From NCBI RefSeq assembly GCF_964204645.1, contig NC_134025.1, positions 17,335,101 to 17,399,100 of the forward strand: a stretch of DNA of 64,000 bases, in the 5' to 3' direction. The stretch comes from Tubulanus polymorphus. Lineage: Eukaryota; Animalia; Nemertea. This document shows, piece by piece, positions 12,598-24,100 of this stretch. Numbering within the stretch: position 1 is the stretch's first letter; every line of letters begins with the position of its first letter. The notes below the pieces were generated by a model. That model ran no database searches. It was not told where the DNA came from and saw only the letters and a program-made list of their open reading frames with translations. Made by a program: the position numbers and the translations under genes.

Positions 12598-13160
12598 ATT
12601 TAACGCCCCCGGTGACCATATACAAAAACCAATGACCTTGAAACTCACTACAATCATAAAACATATCAGCAGCTACAATTTTGTTATTGATTGTGATAAC
12701 AAAATATGCCTCGTTACCAATTTATTATGGAAATACTAAGTTATTCTACTATTCAACGCCCCTGGTGACCATATTCAAAACCCAATAAACTTGTAACTCA
12801 CCACAATCATAGAACATGTCATGAACTACAACTTTGCAATTGATCATGGTAACAAAATATGCCTAGGTACCAATATAATAAGGAAATACTAGGTTATTCT
12901 ACTATTGAACGCACCCTGGTGATCATATAGAATAACTAATTTCCTTAAAACTCACCACGAGCTACAACTTTGCAATAAATTGATTGTGGTAACAAAATAC
13001 GTATTGGTACAAATAAAATATAGAAATACTAAGATATTGTATTATTCCATATACAAAAGCAATGAAATTGAAACTCACCACAATCGTAGAACGTTATAAG
13101 CTACAACTTTCTAATTCATTGTTGTTACAAAATATGCTTAGGTATCAATATAATGTCGAA
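12598..13160. repeat. ~154-bp tandem repeat array (about 4 units) inside the HINE
   Basis: Unit starts ATTCAACGCCCC-like at 12598, 12751, 12904, plus a partly deleted fourth unit. Confidence 0.85.
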
Positions 13161-13393
13161 AAACTTTTTCCCACCTACGAATGAGTACTAATGACACCAA
13201 GATGGCCGCCAATTGCGTCATAATTGGCTGATCAAAAATACATATCTCAGGTATAAAGCATCCCTTTCCAAAGAATACCCATATCCAATTGCAATGAGAA
13301 ATGGCAAACCAGTAGGAAGCAACAGACTCAGAATTCGGGCCAAAATTAACATTTTTGGGCACTTAAAAGGTCCTTCATCTTGAGTCCGATCGA

Positions 13394-14515
13394 GCCAATT
13401 TGCCTATTTTTAACAGGTTCGTAAAAAAATGTTAAAAAAGAGGTAAAATTTTGATTCCAGTGGAACCTCAGAGTTGATACGATTCTGTTAGAGATGAAAC
13501 CCTTTTAACACAATGATTTTCAGCATTTCCTAGCTTAAATATTCATATCAATCAAGATTTGGATATTAGGCCATCCCAAATTAATTGTCTGTTTTGCCGT
13601 TACACCTACTAAAATTTTTGGGATAAGTCAGCAGGAAGGTAGAATCATTTTTTTTTGCAAAATTTTGGGGCAAAAAAAAAACAACAAATTTATCATCACC
13701 TCTTTTAGTGGAAACAATATCCCAAATCTGCGTTCAAAATGAAACAGTAAATTGAATATATGCACGCTATAACATTACCAGCTTTAATATAGTCACTAAG
13801 AATGAATGGCAGCTTATTGGAACACAGCCAGTTTCCTGGAAAACTTCAACTATAGTCGAGGCATGTTTTCACACAATGCACACTTAACTTCAAACATACA
13901 TAGCTCATACATCAGCAGTGGGTTGGCCATTTGTATCAAAAATAAAATTTATTTCAATGATTCCAAGAAAAAAGTTTCCACTCGGTACCTTTGAAGTCGG
14001 GTCGGTCAGGTGACGGCAAACAGACCATTATTTTTGGATGGCCTAATACGAAATCTGTTATGTTCAATGACTTTGACTAGGTCGCGGTGCCTTCAACATG
14101 GCTCTCACACCTGGTGTGGGATTTCAATGCCATTTTACATCAATGCTCGATAACATGCATGACTGAAATTTCCCCATATGTTCAAGTCTCCAGACACCGG
14201 AGAGTTTCACCACAAGTCGCAGTGCAAGCGAGTCTCGCGATTCAATACAATTCAATTAATTTCTTTATGGATGCCTAAAACATGATGCAGGCGTAGAAAC
14301 GACTCAAGAACATATTCTGTCTGCGATTTCATCGAAAAAAATTCGCGCAGAAGAAAATTTGTGATAATCAAGCATTTCAAGCCATATCTTTTTATTTCAA
14401 GTCAAAAATAATTATTTCAAGCTTTCGATCTATTTTCAAGCTGTTTTCAAGCACTTGAGTAGTATTTCTCAAATTCAAGCCATTTCAAGCTTTTCAAGCA
14501 CCGCGACGAACCCTG
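13394..14515. mobile_element. Non-autonomous DNA element (CAGGG termini, TTCAAGC subterminal repeats), left-truncated copy
   Basis: Highly similar to 33347-34528; ends ACGAACCCTG. Confidence 0.7.
13569..14043. mobile_element. MITE with GGCCATCC TIRs and TWA flanks (Harbinger/Zator-like)
   Basis: TTA|GGCCATCC...GGATGGCC|TAA; ~40-bp imperfect TIR; second copy at 33637-34202. Confidence 0.7.
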
Positions 14516-14690
14516 ATCAAGGCGTCTTTAAAATTTCCCTCAAAAAGTTCAAAAACATGTAAAAAGTGCTGATTTTTGCAACCAACAATGGCTGCCAGTC
14601 GGCCATCTTGATTCTGCCAGGGCCAGTTTTTGTGCTGAAGATGTGTCCAGGTTAGATACATGTATAAACCAAATATCAAGACATTACCTT

Positions 14691-15394
14691 CAGAGATGAG
14701 AACGCTGACCTATAAAATCCGCATTTTTTTTTTGTTGAGTTGCACACGCGAACCAGCTGTCAGCACTCGCGAGCGCCGAAGGCGCGAAGCGATTTTGGGG
14801 GTTGGGTGTCCTCCCCCAAGAAAATTTTAGAAATTAAAAGTGTTTTCCGAGCACTTAGAGCCATCTTGAACCCATGAACGACTATTATATTTTGGAAGGT
14901 AATAGCTAGTTCCAATGTGGTACATCCTCATTCGATGACATTCAGCATCTCATGCATTACTGGTCGAGCCCTGAATTATTGCAGTTAAAACGCGCCGATG
15001 AATGCTCACTAAAAATCATCACCCAGTAGAGTATAATATCTGAAGGCGTTTGCCACACACGTCAGTAAGTAGGCCTATCAATGTACATTACTACTGTTGC
15101 TGCGCGCGCGTGTCTGCAACCGATCGATAAAATACACACACACTCATCGTAGTACAAATGAAGATACAAAATCAGTGTTGCAATGAATATGCATTGAAAT
15201 GCGATACTTTTACGTGACGATAAGTAAAACAGGCACTGGACGCTTTTACGGTTCACCTGATTACCAATCGCGCCAGACCAATTGAATGAGATCATCAATA
15301 CTTTTACATCATTTTTGGACTATTTGGAAAATTGATATTTTTCAATACCGAAATCCGCGGCAAACCGCGGATCCGCGGGGAATTCTCATCTCTG
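14691..15394. mobile_element. MITE with 12-bp TIR CAGAGATGAGAA and 6-bp TSD TACCTT
   Basis: Perfect TIR; TSD confirmed by the empty site in the HINE copy near 54825. Confidence 0.9.
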
Positions 15395-16179
15395 TACCTT
15401 GAAGCGTCTTCAAAACTTCCCAAAATAACTGGATTCCGTCTACGGACAGACGACAGACGAAAAGTGAACGCAATAGCCCGCCTGGACTAAAGTCCCAAGT
15501 TGGCTAAAAAGAAACAGCTCCTAGTAACCATGACCTTTGACCTACAGGACCCGAAATGTAATCAGCTACTCATGGTCTCTAGCATAATCCATCCAAAAAA
15601 TTGACCTTTGACCTACAGGACTCAAAATGTAATCACTTACCCACAGCCCATCCAAAGAATTTTATAAAGTTATCTCAAACCATTTATGAGTTAGAGCCCG
15701 GAAATGAAATCTACAAAATGGCTTCCTGTTTTTGACCATGGACCTACAAGACCCAAAATCTAATCAGTTAACAACCTAATATAGTACAACACAAATGTTG
15801 AATTTAAGGAGAATCTGCCAAAGAGTTTAGGTGCTAGGGCACAAAAACCACAGCGGACAGATGGACGGACGTCGAAGTGAATACAGTATCCCTCATTTCC
15901 CCCCCCCCCACAATGTGGCATAAGAACAGGTGCGTTTCCAGTTGACTCTGCTGCAAATGTTCACTATTGGAACCATCTAATACAGTCATTTTTCAGAAGT
16001 AGACTCTAATTAACAGCCGCCATGGAAAATAAATCAAATTAAAAGGTAGAATATTTCAGAGTGACCTGGATAAGTAACCTATATTGTTAATTATTGATTG
16101 TGCTCAATCTAGTTCTTGGGTTGGGGGCAGGCTGAGTAGGGCTAACATCCCTGAGGACGCACAATATCAGATTACCCAT

Positions 16180-16661
16180 CAGCAATTGCGATGAGAATTG
16201 GCAAACCAGTAGGAAGCTACAGGACTCAGAATTCGGGCCAAAATTGACATTTTTGGGCACTAAAAAGGTCATAGGACGGCCATCTTGATCCGATCGACCC
16301 AATTTTTGTTAGTCTTATGGGCCCTGGAGGGATTCAAATATATTCGAAAGATCAAGGTAATTGACCAAAGCGTCTTCAAAATTTCCCTCAAAAAATTCAA
16401 AAAACGTATAAAAAGTGCTGATTTTGGCAAACAACAATGGCTGCCATCTTGATTCTGACAGGGCCAGGTTTTGGGCTAAAGATGTGTCTAGGGTAGATAC
16501 AAGTGTAACCCAAATATCAAGACATTACATTGAAGCATCATCAAACCTTCCCAAAATAACTGGATTCCATCTACGGAAGGACGGATAGACGAACGGATGG
16601 ACGACGGACGAAAAGAGAACGCAATAGCCCGCTGGGACTTAAGTCCCAAGTGGGCTAAAAA
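16180..16661 (-). mobile_element. Partial HINE copy
   Basis: Matches 54470-54953, including the GGAC microsatellite and terminal hairpin AGCCCGCTGGGAC..GTCCCAAGTGGGCT. Confidence 0.85.
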
Positions 16662-16848
16662 TATATCCAGATGTCCGAGTTGACTATGTCGGTTGTCAAC
16701 ACCATGCCCTTCTAGGTATATTAACTGATCGAAATACCGGAGTCAAACCCTTTTTGAGTAAAAGGATATCTTAACAGTATCCAGCGAGCCAAGAGATATA
16801 ATTCCTATATCGGGTATATATTGATAGAGTAAATAATAATTAACTTAC

Positions 16849-16967
16849 GCTTCAGCTTCTCGAACATTCACATGTCGCTCCTTATCGAGATCTATTTTAT
16901 TGCCGGCTATAACTAATACAACATGATTACCCAACATCTTCCGAAGCTCTTTTACCCAATTTTTTAC
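16849..16967 (-). CDS. RAB21: Rab21 exon (G4 motif GNKID), 119 bp
   Basis: cag|VKNWVKELRKMLGNHVVLVIAGNKIDLDKERHVNVREAEA|gtaagt. Confidence 0.95.
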
Positions 16968-17199
16968 CTGCAACAAAAATCAACAGCCTTGGATTAGATA
17001 TTTACGCCCTTAAAACATGAGGTTATAAGTGCCCATGCATACAGCATGGCTTGTGGCGATTGACTCACTGCATTGATGAGTTTAATATTAGGATAGGCAA
17101 ACAAACACAATTGCTTATACATGTGACATAAACTTTTCTATCAGGGCCTACTATAAAAACTGACAAGGGTTAAGGAGCATCAAACACATAAGTTCTCTG

Positions 17200-17460
17200 G
17201 TGCAATTTTGCAACGGATTACTTTGAAAATAATAATATTCTTTATCCTCATTATTAATATTAAACATAGACATATTATAGATTCCAGTAGCTCAAAAACA
17301 TCTCATGATTTTTTAAATAACTTGAAAACCAGTTCTGTTCTACTACTCCACAAATACCGCAACTTATTCAAAAGGATGTCGATGTCTATAGAATTGAAAG
17401 CCTTAGAAAGGTCTAAATACAAACTTAGCATTAACCCTTTCACTGCCAGTATTTTGTAAT
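17200..17460 (-). mobile_element. L2/Crack-like LINE RT fragment
   Basis: LYLDLSKAFNSIDIDILLNKL motif. Confidence 0.65.
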
Positions 17461-17964
17461 CAATGTACCCTCTCCTGCCACTTATAATTAGTGGTTTTGT
17501 AGGTATAACATACCATATATACAATTAGCTCCATGGCTCTTACTACTGAATTTAACTCATGCAAACTATATATGGTTAGAAATTAAATGTACTAAGCTTA
17601 TCCCACCAAAAAAAGTGACGCAGTATTAACTAGATCAACCAATGACGTCATCAAGATGGCCACCGAACTCCGTTCCAATCGAAAAATGAAATTTCAAACT
17701 CATATATCATGTTACAGTAAGCAAATATATGATCATTTTCAATCAAATACACTTATATGTAATGATTGCTACACAATAAAGTATATTTCATGTTGATAAC
17801 CATGGTTATTCAGTTTTTATTGCTTTTTTTATGCCAGAATATGGTCACTTCACTGATACCAAGATTCTCGGATTTCAAACACACATTCAATTTTCAGTCA
17901 GATTGTTTTCAGCGTACCATATTTTGAAACAAGAATAAGGACACAAGGGAATGTTACCACAAAA

Positions 17965-18095
17965 ATTACAATTTTTGGAACTAAAATTTGTATTTCCGAG
18001 TATTACTTACCCTTTCCTATGGTGGGCGGGATTCCCACCATAGGAAAGGGTAAGTACTACTCGGAAATACAAATTTTAGTTCCAAAAATTGTAAT
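17965..18095. repeat. DIRS 3' ITR/ICR: 62-bp-arm hairpin
   Basis: Arms 17965-18026 and 18034-18095 are complementary with one mismatch; 7-nt loop. Confidence 0.9.
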
Positions 18096-18318
18096 ATTTC
18101 CGTCGAGTACTGTACCCTTTCCAATGGTTTTTGCGAGACTAGCCTAGCACAAGGATGGTGGGAAAGGTAGATAGAAAAACTACCGCTCAAACGCAAGGTA
18201 AGAGGGAAAAAAGAGAGCACTTACCCAAGCAGGGAATGGAGCACTGTAGCACAGGGAAGACCGGTTGGCCGCAGTGAGTACATCCAGCTCAGGGCCCCCC
18301 CCCCCGAATTTTGCAAAA

Positions 18319-19500
18319 TTAATACTTGCGAGCCCAAACTATGTACATGGATACACACCTTGTGATCCGATAATGCAAACATAAATATTCTACGCTAAAG
18401 GGTCCGATTGGAAAAGAATGGACACCTTGAGCCATAACAAAAGGACCGAGTGACGCTAATGAGCCTAACTGGCCTGAAACATCCCGTAAATAAAATGACG
18501 TGAATGTCGATGGAGAATTCCAAAAAGCGGCCTGACAGACTTCTTCCAACGGAGCACCTGAAAAGGCTGCGCAGGAAGTAGCCATAGACCTTACTTGATG
18601 AGAAACCACTCCCTCCGAGGAAAGATTCTCCTTCAATAAAATGTCCTTGATCAGTGAAGAGACCCATCGGGCCAAAATGTCCCGAGAAATATCACCCTTC
18701 AGGTGATCCAGCTGCGAAATAAATAACCGTTCCTGCGAACCCCTTCGTGGAGCAGAGCGATCTAAATAGAAACACGACGCCCGCACAGGACATAATGTCC
18801 TGTCCGGAAGACCCGGTTCCACTCCATGTTTTAGGGCTTCATTTCGCCATTGACGACCAACCGAGCCTGGTCGTTGGTTCTTTGCCAAAAACTCCAAAGC
18901 AGGCCGCAGCGAAAAAAATTCCTTCGCTGGCCCGAAGACAATATGACCATGTCGCACTGAAAGCGCATGAATCTCAGAGCGACGGGCCAAGCAAGCCAAG
19001 AACAGCAAGAATACAAACTTTTTTGACAAATTCGCAAATGATGCTGCAGAAAGAGGTTCAAATGGAGCCTCCATTAACTTCTTCAAAAATACAGACAGGT
19101 CCCATGGTGGAACTATCCCCGGTACCCGAGGCCGGGAAATAGAAAACCCTGCAACAAGCTGGGATATCCGATGATCCCGTTACATTTGGCCGTCCAGAAG
19201 CACGCAATGTATGAGAGATCGCGGAGCGGTAACCTTTAACAGTTATAACCTGCAAACCTTTTACTACAAATAGGTGCAGTAAAAAATGTGCCAATTGAGC
19301 TACAGAGGGTGAGCATGGATCAATTTCCCCTGCAGCACACCAATCCGCAAAATGACCCCATTTGGCATCGTAAATGGTACTTGTTGATGGCCGCTTAGAT
19401 CCTGCGATGAAGGAGGCAGCCTGTTCTGAAAAGCCTGAAGCTGACAAGGATCGCTGGACAATGGCCAGGCGAGCAGATTTAACCACTGGCTGTTTGGATG
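18319..19500 (-). pseudogene. DIRS tyrosine recombinase (frameshifted)
   Basis: N-terminal STIYDAKW...GYRSAIS; catalytic ARRSEI, LCPVRA, SHQVRS, AFWNS, FTSFYL. Confidence 0.9.
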
Positions 19501-19646
19501 ATGCCGAAAGTTCCCTTGAGACAGAAGCGATGGGAAATTCGGAAGAATCCTGGGGTTGTCGCACAGTAGGTTGAGAAGTGGTAGGAACCAATTCTGAGCC
19601 GGCCAACATGGTGCTACCAGAACTATGTTGCAATTGACTGATCTCT

Positions 19647-20869
19647 CTATTTGATGTTGAATTGTCTGTGGCAAACCAAACGTGGTGGCCCTCCACTCTC
19701 CTGTGAAAGAACTTCAGGGCCTTCCACACGGCCAGCATTTCCAGGAAATTTATGTGGTTGGTGGCCTCGTAGCGAGACCATTTTCCGGCTTTGACACAGT
19801 TCTCCAGATGTGCCCCCCACCCTTGGTGACTGGCATCCGTGAATACACGAACTGGAGCCTCTAACGGGGCTAGTGACACCCCGCGCCAAAGATTCGTAGT
19901 TGTCGCCCACCAATGAAGATCCGGACTTAGATCGGTTGGAAGTACGGGAATCAAGGTCTCCCAGTTGCCCTTCGACTGAGACCAGAAGACCTTCCAATAT
20001 TGTTTCAAGCGCCTGCTTCTAAGCGGCCTAAGGGCACCACCAGACCCATGGAGCTGATGGAGCCTAGAAGCCGTGACCAGTAACGAGCTGTTCTCGGGAT
20101 TGTGGACCCCCCGCTACTGCTTCTTGAAGTTTGGCTACTCGAGGCATAGACGGAAAGACTTTGCCGATTCGGAGATCGAAGTTCATGCCGAGATAAGTGA
20201 ACTGTTGGGCCGGCGTCAACTGAGATTTTTCCCTGTTTACGCGGAACCCTAGCTGGTGGACTAAGTCCAAGACTGAGGTCATTGCTTCCCGACATTCTTG
20301 AGCCGAGTTCGTGACTATTAACCAGTCGTCGAGGTAAACAAACAGTGGAACACCCCTTGACTGAAGTACCTTCTGAACTGACTTGACCAACTTGGTGAAA
20401 ACCCACAGGGCCGTACTGAGGCCAAATGGAAGAGACCTGAATTTGAACTGGCGGCCTTTCCACTTTATCCTGAGAAACCGCCGAGATTTTGGATGAATTG
20501 GAACCTGAAAGTAAGCATCTTTCAGGTCCAATGAAGCCGCCCATTGACCCGGACGGAGCCCTTGAATCACGTCCTTGGGTTTGGTCATCCGGAACCTTGG
20601 AATGTCTAGGTGCCGATTGAGGGATGCAGATCTATCACCGTCCATTGACCCCCTGTGGCCTTTGGTACCATGAATATTCTAGAAAACCAGCCGGGAGAAG
20701 TTTCGTTGCAAACTGTTTCTATCGCTCCATTCTCGGCCAATTCCTTGAGAGCCGAGAGATTAAGGCCCCCTGACCCGGTTTTGGCCGCATGTCGGGAGGT
20801 GACCTCGTCAGGCGCAGTCGCCTTAGGGAACGGAGACGGTAGCCACGAGAGACGACCCGGGAGGCCCAA
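19647..20869 (-). pseudogene. DIRS reverse transcriptase / RNase H (frameshifted)
   Basis: FSRIFMVPK, LDLKDAYFQVPI, LPFGL, YLDDWL, FTDAS..GWG, HINFLEM. Confidence 0.92.
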
Positions 20870-20915
20870 CCGTCTCCGAAAGGGTATGACCAGTGGGTTG
20901 CTGCCCCACTGGTCC

Positions 20916-21143
20916 TGTTGTGAAATGTATGCCTATACGGCAGAATTATACGTGCATGTCAATTTCTCTTTGATACAGTCCGTTTATTATAATGTTTTAT
21001 CGTTCTATTGTACACGTGTCACGTGGGGGTGCACGTACAAGTAGTTTTTGGTCAGTTTAATAAATTCTATGTAACAGAGCCGACGTCTCGTCGTTTATAG
21101 TATGGATTTCCTGGGAAGAACCGAATTGTAGAATTCCACGACA
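20916..21143 (+). repeat. BEL 5' LTR (228 bp)
   Basis: TGTTGTG...ACGACA; direct repeat of 26521-26744. Confidence 0.95.
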
Positions 21144-21187
21144 TTTTTGGTCCCTCGAGCCGGATCAAGGAACACGAAAAGACAGCA

Positions 21188-24100
21188 ATGAATAAGCAAC
21201 AGCGGAGCTGTAATGCTCATAGAGGCCTTGTAAAGGTAAATTTTGATAGTATTCGAACATTTATTCCTGCCCAGGACTTTGCGTCCGCCAACGTCAATTT
21301 AGAAGAGCTAGAATCTCGCCTTGATCTCATTGCTAAGTTAAACTCAGCCATTGCTGACGGTCTAGACGACGATGAGTTCGTTAAATTTTTTGAGCCGTCG
21401 GAGACTGAACTTTCTGCGTGGCGTATAGAAGTCAAGAAAATGAGGCGCCAAATCGGAGATGTTTCTCGTGAATTGCCTAAACCCAACCCACAGGCGGAAG
21501 CCAAAGTTCACCTGCCTAAAATAGTTTTGCCGAAATTTTCGGGGGTGATTTTGGAGTGGCAAGGATTTTGGGACTCATTTCATGCTGCTATCGATTCATC
21601 AAAAACATTATCCAACGTACATAAGTTCAATTACTTGAAGTGTCAGTTATCTGGGGAGGCGTTAGAGTGTGTTTCCGGCATTCCTTTGACGGACACGGGA
21701 TACAAAGAGGCTGTTGAAATTTTACAAACTCGCTATGGGAAGTCGCATAAAGTGATAAGTGCGTACACTAAAGCTATTCTTGATCTCCCGAAGCCGTCAT
21801 ATTCTCTCGGAAGCATGCGTTGCTTTCATGATAAATTATGTATGTATGTCCATTCCTTATCGACTCTCGGAAAGAACGACGATTTTTTTGGTGGAGTTTT
21901 GATTCCAGTGATACTGGGTAAGCTCCCTCCGGATGCTAGAAAGAGTTTAGTTCGCATTTATGGGGATCGTGAGTATCAGCTGCGTGAAGTTATAATGGGT
22001 ATAGCTCAGGATATTGTTGTGCTGGATGCTGGGGAAGGTCCGGGTTCCAAGTTCAAACAGTGTGATGATCCAGGGTCAACCATGGTCGCTGTCAGTCTCG
22101 CAAAAAATACCGGTAGACCTAGGCCTCCAATGCCCAAACCGAAAACATGCCATTATTGTGCTTCTGGTAGCCACATAGCCATAGAGTGTGACACATACAA
22201 AGATTACGATTCTCGTCGCGCTCGCGATAGAGTTAAGCCTATGTTATAACTGTTTGGCGCGTTCGCACATGACATCACGTTGCGCTAGTACGCGCGGTTG
22301 TCGCGAATGCAGTGCTAAGCACCATCCTTCGTTATGTAAAAAATTGTTAGAACCTCCAACGGGGGTAAAGTCCGATGATGTTAGTTTTGTAGGTCCCGCT
22401 CAAACGCAAACTTCAGCGCCACCTGTGGGTAACGGGCAGAGTACTTCAGCGGTCAGCCCAGCTAATAAGAAGTCGGATGTTGACCAATCGCTTCAGTCTA
22501 ATAATGCCGAAACAACTACGGTTAAAAACTGTCATGCGCAGACGTCGAATTGTGGCGTTTTATTGAAAACCGCCGTTTCTCAAATTGTAAATCATTCTAA
22601 TGATAGTTGTGCTGATTGTGGTATTATGCTGGACGACGGGTCACAAAGGACTTTCATTAAGCAGTCACTTGTCAATGCTCTGGAGTTGGTGCCATTTCGG
22701 AAAGAGTCCATTAGACTTTCTTGTTTTGGGTCTCAGTCGTCCGGTATTAGAATTTTGGATGTAGTTAAATTCAAACTGCGTTGTAAGGATGAATCTTTAT
22801 TCGATATTGAGGCTTTAGTTGTTCCTGAAATCGCGGCACCTATCCAGACGAGCATTGATGTGGCTTTTTATGATTATTTACGCAACTTACGTTTCGCTAA
22901 TCATGTTACAGATGATCCGTTGCATATTTCTCTTCTCGTAGGCTTAGACTACTATTATGATATAGTTTTAGATAGCATTGTTCGAAGTGCATCAGGTAAC
23001 GGTCCTGTAGCTGTAGACTCTAGGTTAGGTTATCTTTTATCTGGTCCGGTACTCCGGAGACTCGAGATAATCGCGATGTAACCATGCTCAGTGTGCTAGT
23101 TGGTCGTTCGGATACTTTAGATTTGAACAGTTTATGGGACCTCGAAACGTTAGGTATAGAGCATCCCCAAGATGATGATCCGCTGATTCCTTCGCTTACC
23201 GTCGACAAGCTCGAGGACACTCGGTACATTGCCAAGCTTCCTTGGAAGTCCGACCATGTTAGTCTGTCATCCAATTTTGAGACGTGTAAGCGAAGGACTA
23301 TCTCGACGGTTCAGCGTCTTCACAAACTCGGGCATGTTGGTGAATACGCGAAACTTTTTGCAGATCAAGAAAAGCGGAATTTTATAGAGAAGGTTCCGGA
23401 TGCTTCGACAGCCGATGAGTGTCACTACTTGCCACATCACGCGGTTTTTAGGGAGTCTAAAAATACTCCGTTGAGAATAGTCTTTGATTGTAGTTGTAAG
23501 ACTCCAGAATCGGTTAGTCTTAATGATTGCCTCGTTGCAGGGCCGCGGCTACATAACGATATTCTAGGCATTCTTCTCCGTTTTAGATTGTGCAGTTTCG
23601 CATCTGTAGCCGACATCGAAAAGGCTTTTCTGCAAATCGAGTTAGATAAGTCAGATCGTGATTTTACTAGGTTTCTTTGGCTTGAAGATCCGACCGATCA
23701 AAACAGTAAACTTGTTACTTATAGGTTCAGAGTTGTTTTATTCGGCGCTACTTGTTCGCCTTTTATCTTAAACGCGACAGTCTTGAAACATTTGCGCATG
23801 AATGATTCTCTTACAAGTCGATTTATAGCTAAGAGTATTTACGTTGACAATTGCGGTGTCAGTATCGATAATCAGATCGAAATGTTGCAGTTTTATTCCG
23901 CGTCTCGTGCTATCATGTCTACCGGTGGATTCAACTTGCGATGTTGGTCCAGCAACAGCGATTCTCTCATGAAAGCTGCATCCGTCGACGGAGCGGCTGA
24001 GGATACGGATACGGTTAAATTTTTAGGTTTGATCTGGCATTCGCAAGATAGAATAAAACTTAGGTCGTTAGATATTACTCTTGATCCCGCACAGGTCGTT

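Larger units (their letters stand above)
12529..15510 (-). mobile_element. HINE (Helentron-associated element) copy 1, interrupted by two DNA elements
   Basis: Colinear with 53682-54953; subterminal inverted repeats, ~154-bp tandem core, terminal hairpin. Confidence 0.8.
12281..15925. mobile_element. Older Helentron-type non-autonomous element (TGACCTTTGACCT family) hosting a nested HINE
   Basis: Repeated GACCTTTGACCTACAGGA units at 12405-12430 and 15530-15750; GGAC microsatellite near 15860. Confidence 0.5.

Noticed and set aside
12598-13160. Regular repeats (also 53752-54350) as a CRISPR array
   Set aside because: Whole 154-bp units repeat with no unique spacers; eukaryotic context; no cas genes
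18747-19997. Overlapping or antisense ORFs in the DIRS (also 27781-28191)
   Set aside because: No recognisable motifs; expected by-products of GC-rich coding sequence and DIRS overlapping frames
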